Assembly: GCF_018350175.1 (NCBI RefSeq) | Contig: NC_058368.1 | Location: 48,486,001 to 48,550,000 of the forward strand | DNA: 64,000 bases | Reading direction: 5' to 3' | Source of the DNA: Felis catus | Lineage: Eukaryota | Part shown: positions 1-11,383 of the stretch, one piece after another | How positions within the stretch are numbered: position 1 is the first letter of the stretch | How the letters are laid out: each line of letters opens with the position of its first letter | Notes under the pieces: model-generated | What the model saw: the letters and a program-made list of their open reading frames with translations, nothing else | Databases searched by the model: none | Told to the model about the DNA's origin: nothing | Position numbers and translations under genes: made by a program

Positions 1-99
1 TTACAGAAGTCTCCAGACTCGTCTTTCTGCTTCCACGCTGCTCTTATCACCAGCCAGCCCCCCAAGCCTCACAGCCAATGAAGTGAAATGTACTTTCAA

Positions 100-560
100 A
101 CAGGAGGTGAAGGATTTAGTGACAATGGTCATTTGAATGAAGACTTGAAGTAAGAGATGGAGGGAAAGGCTGTGCAAATACCTAGGAAAAGAGAAGCCCA
201 GGGAAAGGGACAAGCAAGGGCCTTAAAGCTATGAATGGAAAATTGCTTTTATTCTAAGAGAAAGGGAAAGATGCTGAAAAGTCTTAAAGAAGAAAAACCT
301 GCTATATGGAAAGTGGGTTGAAAGGGAAAGAATGGAAGTTAGATACCCATTAGGAGAATGTCAGTGCAGTTAGGGTAAGCAACTGGGGAGGTCGAGAGGA
401 TTTTAGATATAGGACATATTTAGAAGTCATGAATTCACAGAAGTCATGAAGGAATGAAGGGTATCAAGGATAATTCCCGTGATTTTGGCTTAAGGAACTC
501 AACGACGGCTGGCACTACCTACAGAGATGAGGAAGGCACACTAAGGAGCCAATCATTTAG
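100..560 (-). mobile_element. Ancient LINE-2 fragment
   Basis: Purine-rich antisense L2-like motifs (gtcatttgaatgaagacttgaag; ttttattctaagagaaagggaaag; tcaaggataattcccgtgattttggctt). Boundaries are approximate. Confidence 0.6.
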
Positions 561-1340
561 ATGGATGCTGGTGGTAGAAGGTTTCCAGGCACATCACCTG
601 GGCAGGTTCCAAAGAGGGACAAAGGTCACCGGGCACCAAACTATGGAAGGGCCGCAAAGATGAAAGTCTTTGAAATTCTAGCTTCCAGATGCCATGTACC
701 TACAATATGCCACGGACATTCTGGATCTGGGAGGTCTGCCATTCTGGCTAGATGGTTAAGTAGAGAGGCCTAACAGTTTTATACGTGAGCAGAGAGCACA
801 CAGAATCTCTCTGATTTTCTCCAATTACCTTCCAGGACATCCTTTAATTCTGCGTTAAATCTGTGCCGAGTGCTGGAAAATCTGTGCTTAATCGTACCCA
901 AATCACAAAATTAACTAGTAGCAACACGACACACAGCAAGGGCTCTTTTGTATAAGGGCATTAGCCATATCACAAGACAGAGAGACAATTCTATTAGAGC
1001 CTTCAAAATGCCAAAATGTTAAAAAAAAAAAAAAAAAAAAAGAAAACCAAAGTGTACTCTGTTAGTGTCAAGATCAAAATCACTAGGTCTGATCACACAC
1101 TCACACAGTTAATCATCATCAAAGACACTAAATATGTTCAAAAATGGGAAGTGGTGACATATGTGCCACTGACGAAGTGTAACTGTCCAATTTTAATCTA
1201 GATATATAATCTGAAGCCATCCATCAACACTATAAATAATGTAAAAAAAATGAAGATAGCAAAGCTAATAAAAAAGGGATCTTCATTTTTCAGAAATATC
1301 CATTTTGTTCAAATTGATTTTAAAAAATACTATACTATAC

Positions 1341-1560
1341 AGGCGCCTGGGTGGCTCAGTCAGTTAAGCATCCGACTTCGGCTCAGGTCATGATCTCACG
1401 GTCTGTGAGTTCGAGCCCCAGGTTGGGCTCTGTGCTGACAGCTCAGAGCCTGGAGCCTGCTTCAGATTCTGTGTCTCCCTCTCTCTCTGCCGCCCACTCC
1501 CCACCCCCACCCCATTGCTTGCACTATGTCTCTGAATAAATAAATGTTAACAAAAAAAAA
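1341..1560 (+). mobile_element. CAN-SINE (SINEC_Fc-like)
   Basis: GGCGCCTGGGTGGCTCAGT head with A/B boxes, (CT)n segment, AATAAA and A-tail. Confidence 0.95.
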
Positions 1561-3262
1561 TTTTTTTTAAATACTTTTCTTATCCACCGATTCATCTAAT
1601 TGACCTTTAAAACCTTTGTGAACTCCAAATCAACATTTATCTACAGTTGGTCAAATTTTATTTCCATGAATAGAAACATGAATTCTGAAACAGCTGTCTC
1701 AGGCAAACCAAAATAAGAGATTGTATGACAAGTAACTGCATATATAATAATATGATGGCCTTTTGTAAATTTGTTTATCATAAAACAAACACTGATACTG
1801 ATCATTAAATTTAAATGTCTGTAGAAAAATGTTATAATTTTTTGATAAAAGTAATTTAGACTAAAATGACTTCAGGTTATCTCTTTTAATATTTTTATTC
1901 TAATAGTTTTGTTAAATCATTAAGACTGCCTTTAATTATGAAGGCTTTTGCTGGGGAAATTAGATCTTGCTGCTATTCAAAGCACTAAAGACAACTTTTG
2001 GCATGCATAATTCTATCATTTATTGTTTCATGAAAACTTGATCAGTAGAAGAATAGATTTTCTTTGTCTTTCATCTGTATTAGTTAAAAAGAAGGTTATT
2101 GTGCTTCAATTTCTTAAAAATATGGAAAGTAATTATCCAAAAAAAGAAAAGTGGAAAAGAGATATGCACATATCTTACTGGAACTGCCAAGAAAGAAAAC
2201 AACCAATCTACAGAAAATAAATGTTTTTATGCTTTATGAACCTTTCTTACAAGAATAAAATGCCTTTTGAAAAGTAAGAAATCTCATCAGGTTTTAGGGG
2301 ACTTCAGAGGACTCAAAATCTGCTTCTCTGCCGCTGTCTGTCATGCTTTGAACTCTTCCTTTATTTTCGAAAAGCTTAACTATGAAGGCTCCACTGCATT
2401 TGGAAAAGTCACTTAGAAAATCTGGTCAACAAGTGAAAAACTGCACTCAACACTAAACATTCTAGAACCATGTTTCTATAAATCTGCAGGATAGTAGCCA
2501 CATTGATCCTGTAAGCTAATGGGCTTTACAGATTATTTTAGATCCAGACTGATCTATTTAGACTTGTCAGAATCTTTCTATATCACAAGTCTTCTTTCAT
2601 TACGGTTTCTAATGGGATCCGAATCAAAGGATGTACCTCTGCCCTAGTTTTAGAAGGGAGATGGAGGGTTGAGTAGAGGCACAGAATGCCACAGGATAGG
2701 CAGAAGCTGCATGTGTAAATATATACACATATCAGTGTATGGATATATGTGTTTAAGTGTGTATATATGTGTATGTACACACACACATATACAGAGGCAA
2801 GTTTCCATTTTATCTGCATACTTCCTTTAAAGTGACTTATGACATTAGGAGTCAAAAGTGCAAATTACACTAAGGATCAGTGACGGCACTGTTCTTGAAC
2901 ACCTGAATACACAGGCTGTACAGAACCTCTTAACATCTACCACGTGAGAATTGTTCACTAAACATATCCAGGAACTAGAAATCTGAGAGGTTAACTTTCT
3001 TTTCATTCCCAATGTACAAATTTAGAATCTAAGCAATTATTCTTTGTTTTTCTCAATGACCAAGTGCCACGATTATATGCCTGATTGCTAAAACTTATCT
3101 TTAGAAAATCTAAAGACAGATTTGTGGTTTAAGTTTAAAAAACAAGGAGTTAACTCATTGTTCCTGTGTAACTCCCATGTATACATAATGTATACATGTT
3201 AATGAACTTGTTTGTTTTCTCTTGTTAAAAAAATAAACATACATTTAAAAATCAAGTTTTGA

Positions 3263-3494
3263 GGGGCACCTGGGTGGCTCAGTCTGTTAAGTGTCCAACT
3301 TCAGCTCAGATCACGATCTTGTGGTTCATGGGTTTGCACCCGTGTCAGGCTCTGTGCTGACAGCTCAGAGGCTGAAGCCTGCTTCGGATTCTGTGTGTCT
3401 CCCTCTCTCTCTGCCCCTCCCCTGCTCACACTCTGTCTGTCTGTCTCTCTGTCTCTCTCTCTCAAAAATCAATGAACATTTAAAAAAAAATTTG
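3263..3494 (+). mobile_element. CAN-SINE with 14-bp TSD
   Basis: Full-length copy. TSD AAATCAAGTTTTGA at 3249-3262 and 3495-3508. Confidence 0.96.
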
Positions 3495-3719
3495 AAATCA
3501 AGTTTTGAAAGATTAGTTTTCATCCAAGAGACCCAACAGTATAATTAACTTTCTGAGACATTTTATATTTTAAAATTATCAGCAAGGATAAATGTAAAAT
3601 AAAGGATCAATACAGTAAAAAAAAATGTGGAAAAGTTAGGTCAAGAACGAAATAATTTAAAAAAATTATTTAAACAAAATGTCACTATGCTTCTACTTTT
3701 CTTTGGAAAATTGCAAGGA

Positions 3720-3839
3720 GGGTGCCTGGAGGGCTCAGATATTAAGGATCTGACTTTGGCTCAGGTCATGATCTCTCGGTTTATGAGTTCAATCCCTGCT
3801 TCCCACTCTCTGTCTCTCCCTCTTAAAAAAAAAAAAAAA
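3720..3839 (+). mobile_element. Internally deleted CAN-SINE
   Basis: Degenerate head (gggtgcctggagggctcag...ggctcaggtcatgatctc) joined directly to (CT)n and an A-tail. Confidence 0.85.
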
Positions 3840-4287
3840 CCTGCAAGAAAAAAGGAACTAAATATAATCACACTTTTTCAAACTGTAGGTTGTGAGGGAA
3901 TCTAATTCAAAATAGGTTTTACATTTTTTCAAAGACAAAAAACAAAAAATTAATTAAAACAGTGAATTTCTAGCGCTACTTTTCACAAGATTTGCTCTAA
4001 GTAATGGTTTATGGAATTCAATTGAAAGTAACATTAAAATATGATCATCTGACATATTAGACATATATTCACCATGAATGTATTCAAGGCAGAGAACATA
4101 CGGAAACACTGTCTGTGAACATGCCATAGGAGGATGTCTTATTTGTAGTTTATTATCAAATAAATAATGATAAATTTCCTTTGACTCATCCCCACTCACT
4201 AGCAGCATCCTTTATCTTCTGCCTCATGTAAGCATCAGGAGTCAGGGATTTTAGCCTCACTGTGGGCTGTAATTCAGAAAATTATCA

Positions 4288-4480
4288 GGGCACTTGCGTG
4301 GCTTACGTCCGTTAAGCCTCCAACTTCAGCTCAGATCATGATCTCATGGTTCATGAGTTCGAGTCCCACATCAGGCTCTGCACTAAAAGTGTGGCGCCTG
4401 CTTCAGACCCTCTGTCTCCCTCTCTCTGCCCTCCCTCATGTGTGCTGTCTCTCAAAAATAAAATAAACATTAAAAAAATG
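4288..4480 (+). mobile_element. CAN-SINE
   Basis: Diverged head and body. Near-TSD tcagaaaa(a)ttatca on both sides. Confidence 0.9.
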
Positions 4481-4685
4481 AATAATCAGAAAAATTATCA
4501 CCCAAAACATTTCTATCTACCACACGCTAAGCAGTTAACCTTATAAAGTTTCTATGTGTTTGCTAAAACTTTCTGACTAGTAACCCCTCAAACTCTTTCC
4601 AGAAAAAGAAGGGGGAAAAACTTACCTGATGTCAGGATTTTCTCATGAAGAAAAATAATTTGCTTAATCCCCTCAAAGTTTTATT

Positions 4686-4889
4686 TATTTTTTAATGTTT
4701 TATTTATTTTTGAGACACAGACAGGATGAGCGGGGGGGGCAGAGAGAGAGGGAGATACATAATCTGAAGCAGGCTCCAGGCTCTGAGCTATCAGCACAGA
4801 GCCCGACGTAAGGCTTGAACTCACAAACCGCGAGATCATGACCTGAGCCGAAGTCAGCGGCTTAACCGACTGAGGCATCCAGGCGCCCC
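4686..4889 (-). mobile_element. CAN-SINE
   Basis: Reverse-complement SINE ending ccaggcgcccc. The two flanks share aagttttattt. Confidence 0.94.
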
Positions 4890-4990
4890 TATCAAGTTTT
4901 ATTTTTTAAAAAATCATGTTAAATACTTTGAAGTGGATTTGTTTCTGTATAACTGTAAGCAATGATGACTGAAGGGAGACTAATTTTAAT

Positions 4991-5198
4991 TTTTTTTTAT
5001 ATTTATTTTTGATAGACAGTGAGAGACAGAGCACAAGTGGGGTTGGGGCAGATAGAGGAGGAGACACAGAATCCGAAGCAGGCTCCAGGCTCTGAGCTGT
5101 CAGCACAGAGCTCGGATGCGGGGCTCGAACTCAAAAACCGCAAGATCATGACCTGAGCTGAAGTCGGCTGCTTAACCGACTGAGCCACCCAGGTGCCC
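4991..5198 (-). mobile_element. CAN-SINE
   Basis: Reverse-complement SINE. Near-TSD agac(t/c)aattttaatttt. Confidence 0.94.
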
Positions 5199-6270
5199 TA
5201 GACCAATTTTAATTTTTTAATGGAAGTTTCAAAAAATTTAACACTTACTTTAATAGACTTTAACTATGTGTAATACAATGGACTGTCTTAAAATAATTCA
5301 AAACAAACTAGCAATTTTATACTTTTAAAGACAAAATATTGAAAATGGAAATAATACATATTTTTGAAAGTGCTCAAGACACTTGTAAAGATCTCAAAGA
5401 ATCTGAATTACAACTTTTTAGCAGAAACATCAAAATACGGAATGCATTTTCCTAAACTATTCCAGGACTTCTTTACACATGAATAAAAACTAAAAACGAA
5501 AGGACAGAAACAGAAATATTTCCAATAGAAAGCTGAAAGCAAAAAATACTGTGCTGGGGCACTCTGCTTATTTAAGAGATATGCACATATATACAAATAC
5601 ATTTTCATGAGTATGGATGGGTAAGTCAGGAAAGATTACAAAAATAAACTATGGTCAAAAGATATACATTTTTATATTAAAAATCATATGTTTTTGAAAA
5701 TATATTTTCATATATTTCAGAAAATGTAGACTGCCTCTTACACTGTTGCTATATAAGGATAAAAATCCCACTTGTCTAGAATGACCTAGAGTAAGAACCT
5801 CTCCTCTCCTCTAACAGCTGAATACATTAAAGCGGGGACAAATAAAGGTCACTTCTTCAATAATTTCTTATATGAATACATGTAGTAACTGAATTGCTTC
5901 TGGCCTAAAAAATGAAATTTAAAAATGAAATGAAGGTCCAGAAATACATTTTCAAGAACCATGGGGAATGAGGAGTTCTGGACAAATACACATTCAAAAT
6001 AATCATACTCAAAGTTAGCTTTAGAAGAAAACATTTCTGAGATACTTCTGCATCTCTCCACCTACTTAACCAAAATGGGGATATTATCATCTTTTCCTGG
6101 GTAGGACCCATTTGTATACATCAATTTTTATCTTCTGGAGATGTAGCTGCTGTCGCATGTGTAGATCACTAGACAGGCAGAAATTGGTAAACTCTAGAGT
6201 TTTCCTCTAAGTTTCATTTCTCAAGAAGTTTCTGTGGATAGCCTCCATTTTTGGATCATTTATCTTTCTT

Positions 6271-6445
6271 TTTTTAAATTTTTGTTTCTTTTTTTTTTTT
6301 TTAACGTTTTAACAAAGAATCTGAAGCAGGCTCCAGGCTCCGAGCTGTCAGCACAGAGCCCAATGTGGGGCTCGAATTCATGAACTGTGAGAGTGTGACC
6401 TGAGCAAAGTTTGACGCCTAACCAACTGAGCCACCCAGGCATCCC
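6271..6445 (-). mobile_element. CAN-SINE lacking the (CT)n segment, 15-bp TSD
   Basis: TSD TCATTTATCTTTCTT at 6256-6270 and 6446-6460. Confidence 0.93.
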
Positions 6446-7062
6446 TCATTTATCTTTCTTATTAGTAAAGCAGAGTAACCATGTACAAGCTCCTACGCAA
6501 TGCAATATAATTATCTTCCAACAAAAAGTTAAAGTATTGAATTACTGAGTTAAAATACTGAAAACCAAAGTACCAATTTCCCACGTAGTCACTAACCTTC
6601 TAGAATACAGCATCCTACTATTACCATGTGTGGTCGACTGGTCAATAGCACAATATCTTGTTTCTGTGTTAGTACAAAAAGCAACTCAGTGGCAAGAATT
6701 TATCTTATGGCCCAGTTTGTTGTTTTAATGGCATTAATATAAGAATTCAAAGACTTGGGACTTGGATATTTTATGAAGGCCTTGTTTTAAAATCTACAAA
6801 CTATTCTCCATCATCAGAAGTCTCTTCTAAATGGTTTCGTAATCTAAACATTACTCTGGAATAACCTATGAAAATAACGGGGCAACAATGTAAGATGAAG
6901 AGAGTATAATTTTAAAAAATAGTGATCTAACTTTTTCAGGATGAGCTCTAACTCCTTACACCAATAGAACAGCAAAAAGAACTTTTAGTGAAGATTTTTA
7001 AAAATGCCAGAATCGACATTATGTCTATATATATATTTAAGGTGTATTTGAAAACTATAGCA

Positions 7063-7285
7063 GGGGTGCCTGGGTAGCTCAGTTGGTTAAGCCTCTGACT
7101 CTTGGTTTTGGCTCAGGTCATGACCTCCCAGTTCATGAGTTTGAGCCCCCTGTCAGGCTTGGCACTGACAGTGTGGAGCCTGCTTAGGATTCTCTCTTTG
7201 ACCCTCTCTCTGCCCTTCTCCCACTCACTCTCTAAATAAATAAATAAACTTAAAAAAAAAAAAGGAGAAAGAAAGAAAAAAAAGG
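7063..7285 (+). mobile_element. CAN-SINE (older subfamily)
   Basis: ggggtgcctgggtagctcagttggttaag head, (CT)n segment and A-rich tail. Confidence 0.92.
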
Positions 7286-7546
7286 GAAGTATATAAATTC
7301 ACAGCCACGAAGGTTTTTATCTACTCTAGCAGATAAGATGTTTATGTAAAATAGGAGCGTTGGGAAATATGGCAGCACACACATACATACAACAACAATC
7401 AAACTCTTTATTTTGTCTAGGTTGCCATCTGCTAGGGCAGAAGCCATTGCCAAAAATTCAATGCCCGTCAACTAGAAATCTGACAAAGAAACTAGGCTAC
7501 ATTCATACAATAGAGTACTATGCAGCTATTGAAATAAATGGCTTAT

Positions 7547-7860
7547 GGGGCACCTGGGTGGCTCAGCCAGCTAAGTAACCAACTCTTGGTTTCAACTCAG
7601 GTCATGATCTCACAGATCCTGAGTTCAAGCCCTGCATCAGGCGCCATGCTGGCACTGTGCAGCCTGCTTGGGATTCTAATTCTCTCTCTATTCCTTTCCT
7701 GCTATGCTCTTGTATTGCTCTCTCTCAAAATAAAGAAAGAAAAGAAAAGAAAAGAAAAGAAAAGAAAAGAAAAGAAAAGAAAAGAAAAGAAAAGAAAAGA
7801 AAAGAAAAGAAAAGAAAAGAAAAGAAAAGAAAAGAAAAGAAAAAGAAAAGAAAGAAAAGA
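7547..7860 (+). mobile_element. CAN-SINE with expanded (GAAAA)n tail
   Basis: TSD AAATGGCTTA at 7536-7545 and 7861-7870. Confidence 0.93.
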
Positions 7861-7863
7861 AAA
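7736..7863. repeat. (GAAAA)n pentanucleotide microsatellite, about 25 units
   Basis: Directly visible in the sequence. Confidence 0.98.
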
Positions 7864-8592
7864 TGGCTTAGGGTTGTGAATTGCTAGAGAGATGTCCAAG
7901 TAATCTTCAGGAAAAAAAAAAAAAGTTGCAAAATAAAAAGACAGTATAAGGCACTATCTACCTTGGTAGTGAGGGGGGTGAAGGTACTATTTTTGGCCAC
8001 AACCTTCTTTGAATTTTTCTTATCATAAGAATACATTGCTTTTGTTAAAATAAAAAATAGAGGGAAAATTGAAATCAACCACTTTTGCTGCCAATGTAAA
8101 TGTGTTCAGACAATACAGTGTTTGGGAAAGAACTCTGAAAATAAATAAAATAAAATAAACCACACAAAAAACTCTAGTTGTTCCTATTTTGCTGACTGCT
8201 CTTCAGCCCCAAAGCTGACGTCCTAACATCTTATTTTGAAGCAGCACACTTCAAAAAATTCATGACCCACACCTCTGCACTACTCTTCCAATTAGCACTG
8301 GGTCAGAGAGAGGGGCACCTTCCAATCTCTTTTCTAATGACTAAACAAACACAATCCCTGTGATCTAATTTAATTATGGGTATGGTGCACAGATCTTTTC
8401 ATTAGCTTTAGTTGACTGAATATCTGAAAATAATTTGCTCAGTTCATTTTTCCTAAGCCTCACTGTTTCAGAATTCAACCAATTAATAATATTGAGTGTT
8501 TACTATGTGCCAGACAGTGTTTCATATAGATTTTTTTTTTTTTACAAAAAAGAAATGAATACACTAATGCACTTCTGTAAATCAGGTGCCAT

Positions 8593-8719
8593 CTTGTTGT
8601 GATGAGCACTGGGTGTTATATGTAAGTGAATCACTGAATTCTACTCCTGAAACCAATATTACACTATATGTTAACTAACTGGAATTTAAATAAGAACTCG
8701 ATAAAAAAAAAAAAAGAAA
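8593..8719 (+). mobile_element. Severely 5'-truncated carnivore L1 (3' UTR end plus poly-A)
   Basis: cttgttgtgatgagcactgggtgttatatgtaagtga... resembles the L1 3' end at 13205-13235. TSD CAGGTGCCAT at 8583-8592 and 8720-8729. Confidence 0.88.
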
Positions 8720-9080
8720 CAGGTGCCATGCTAGGTATTTAAACAGAGTAAATGTAATACAGGTGACAAGAGAGCTGAGAAACCAAAAGGAGAACAGTAA
8801 AGCAACCCATGTGAACAACAACAAAAGCCCCCAAAGCCAGTCTCATCCCAAGAACTGGAAAGACAAAGGAAGAGATGATGTTTAAGTATCCAAGGCTGGC
8901 TCCATCTGAATGGAACTGGAACAACAGTAGAGACTGCCCCAGGAGCTGGGAGACAAGAGCCAGCCACTGCTAAAAAATGCTGCCCAAGTAAAAGAGAGAG
9001 AGAGAACCCCTGGTTTCCCCATTCCTTTAGTCTTTCTACTTGTCTGCCAATGCCTCCCATTGGCTAAACTTCTTGGAAAA
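8720..9080. mobile_element. Possible ancient ERVL-type LTR relic
   Basis: Motifs ctaggtatttaaacagagtaaatgtaatacagg and gcctcccattggctaaac resemble recalled ERVL LTR consensus text. Family uncertain. Confidence 0.4.
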
Positions 9081-9628
9081 GATAACTTGCAACAGAATGG
9101 ATAATGCTAAGAAGCATTCAGACTTCAGTAATGGCTAATTAGCACTTCAAGTCTCAAAAATCTGTAAAACTGCCTTCACTTTCCAGATGTATACAAACCA
9201 CAGACACAAGTGTGTACCAGGGCACAACTTACGTATACATATGCCTCACCACACTGGCAATGAAATACTGCCCTATAAGGAGCATACCGAGTATAGTCTT
9301 TAGAGCTTATGGGGGATCTAAAAGACTCTCTTGACCCCCCCCCCCACCCCCAATTTCATTGCATTTTTTATTCTTTTAAAATTTATCGCTAGGTAGTTCA
9401 TAATAGGTTGCTACCATAAATGCCATTATATTTTTAATTTAGTTATTAATGAAGCTTAGACGTGCTATTCCCTTAAGCACCCTTACTTTACTAAATTCAT
9501 TTAATTCTAACCACTGTTTTTCTTCAATTTGAGATACTCACTTTCTCTTAAAATATTATTTATCTAAGTATATCAACTGCTGACTCTTTGTGTTCCATGT
9601 ATACACTGAGTAGGTTTTCTAAAACAAA

Positions 9629-9630
<2 letters not shown>

Positions 9631-9671
<41 letters not shown>

Positions 9672-9716
9672 TCAGTGAAGAAGAAGAAGAAGAAGAAGAA
9701 GAAGAGGAGGAAGAAA
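9631..9716. repeat. Compound microsatellite: (AAT)n followed by (GAA)n
   Basis: About 13 AAT units at 9631-9671, then GAA/GGA units at 9677-9716. Confidence 0.97.
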
Positions 9717-9734
9717 AATTACTACTATTATTAT

Positions 9735-9960
9735 GCTAATAGGTTGTTTTCTGATTTTGATGTAAACTCTCTTGGTTTTCGTCCATTAAACATAATGATG
9801 ACTATTGGTTAGAAGAAGTTCCTGTTTTAATATTAAATAAGTTCCATTTTTCAGTATTTTTATAAGGAATGGCTGTTGAATTCTATCAAATGTCAGAATT
9901 TATTGAGAGGATTATAGAGTAATAGTTCTTTTTATTTAACAATGGATTTCCTTTTATTCA
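9735..9960 (-). mobile_element. Ancient L1 ORF2 fragment (antisense)
   Basis: ccattaaacataatgatgactattggtt and ggaatggctgttgaattctatcaaatg resemble the reverse complement of L1 ORF2. Confidence 0.55.
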
Positions 9961-11383
9961 TTCTTCTGGCTCCTCTTCCTCTTAATCCTCCTATATTTCT
10001 TGGCCTATATCCAAGATGTCTTGGCATTATGGTAAAGTCAGCCAACAAAAGTATTTCTTTCGTTCTCTGTGGTTATTCCCCTGTTTACGAACCACGCAGT
10101 CACAGCCTGAGTTGTATCTGTGGTTCCTCAACATTTCTTCACTAGTTCCATCACTGTTGGATAATGAGAAGCTTCTTCTTTGCTGCCAAATCCTTGCTTT
10201 TATTCAGTTTCCAGATTCAGAGCTATTCTAAACGGCTGAGGTTACTTAAAGCCTAACTTCTGTGTCATAAAGGAATTTATTTTTATATATCCTAGAACTG
10301 CTAAAGAACTTAGAATTCTTTTGCTCTCATTATACAGTGAAAACAAAAAAAAAAAAAAAAAAAATCACCCGAAACCCAGAGTCAAGTCATTTTTTCTAAC
10401 AGTATGCAGAAGTCTCTAGTAGTCTTAGGCCAAGACCTCATCCTGCCAACCAGGTAATATTTTTCACATGCCATAATTATTCTACTGCCTCTTTGGTCTG
10501 GGCAATGGAACTCTTCCCATATGAAAGTATAATTAAGACCTGAAATATTAGAAAAGGAAATTACTTCCTTGATCTATACCAACCATCCTACTATCTTCAC
10601 AGTAGGCAGTTGGTAATGCTGACACTGAAGAGAAAGGTTACAGACGGAATTAAGAGCCATGTGTCAAAGACCGGCTGGCGGTACCTAGGGCACAGGAGGA
10701 GTGTAAGGAATACGCCAGAGAAGAATGAAGGACAGAAAGCAGTAAAGGACTATCTTATTGGAATGGAGAATAAGGCACACTGATGTAGCAAGGTTTTCAG
10801 CCCTAGATCCCAAGTTTTTTCATAATGAAATAGGTCAGTGAGAAATTACCACAGGATTCTATAAAAGGGAAGAATACAAAGTGGCTACAACAGAAGATGG
10901 GTTTCTGAGGAATCATGTTCCAAGCGTACTTCACATTCAAAAGAAGTAGAATCAAAATTATTTGCTATAAGGCAAGACGCGTTGCCTCTTTTACGTTCCT
11001 TATAACTCAGAGAGTAGGTTATAGTGGACAAATAGTCCCCAATTAGCTGATTTTAAATCTTTGGATGAGATACAACTTCTGATAAAATCAAACTGTCACA
11101 CCGAGAACAAAAGCAAAGCAGATGTGACGGAAGGGAATTAATAGTTTCTGAATATAATATGCTGAGGATGACTGTTGAACCTTCTACAGAAGCAAGAGCC
11201 TCCAAGACTGTGACTAACATATAACAAAAAGCTGATAGTAGAAGTGTGGCATATTCAGCTTAATCTATGAAAAAGTAGTTGACATAAAAATCACTACAAC
11301 AGCATAAAGTAGATCTTATCGTTTTCACCCCCATCTAATCCACATCTTTCTTGAAGCATTTCAATGTCTAGTAAGAATTTCTC

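Larger units (their letters stand above)
7420..7960 (+). mobile_element. Ancient L1M 3'-region fragment interrupted by a SINE
   Basis: L1-like text (aatgcccgtcaactagaaatctgacaaagaaactaggctacattcatacaatagagtactatgcagctatt) resumes after the SINE TSD. Confidence 0.55.

Noticed and set aside
1351..1539. Recurring ORF family 'MAQSVKHPTSAQVMIS...' (also at 4681, 5003, 34663, 36176, 37709, 53640, 59822)
   Set aside because: These are chance translations of CAN-SINE copies, not a gene family.
5695..5710. 16-bp palindromes TGAAAATATATTTTCA (here) and CATGTTTTAAAACATG (57472-57487)
   Set aside because: About one is expected by chance per 64 kb, and more in AT-rich DNA.
7538..7887. Lys/Arg/Glu-rich ORFs
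   Set aside because: They are translations of the (GAAAA)n microsatellite.
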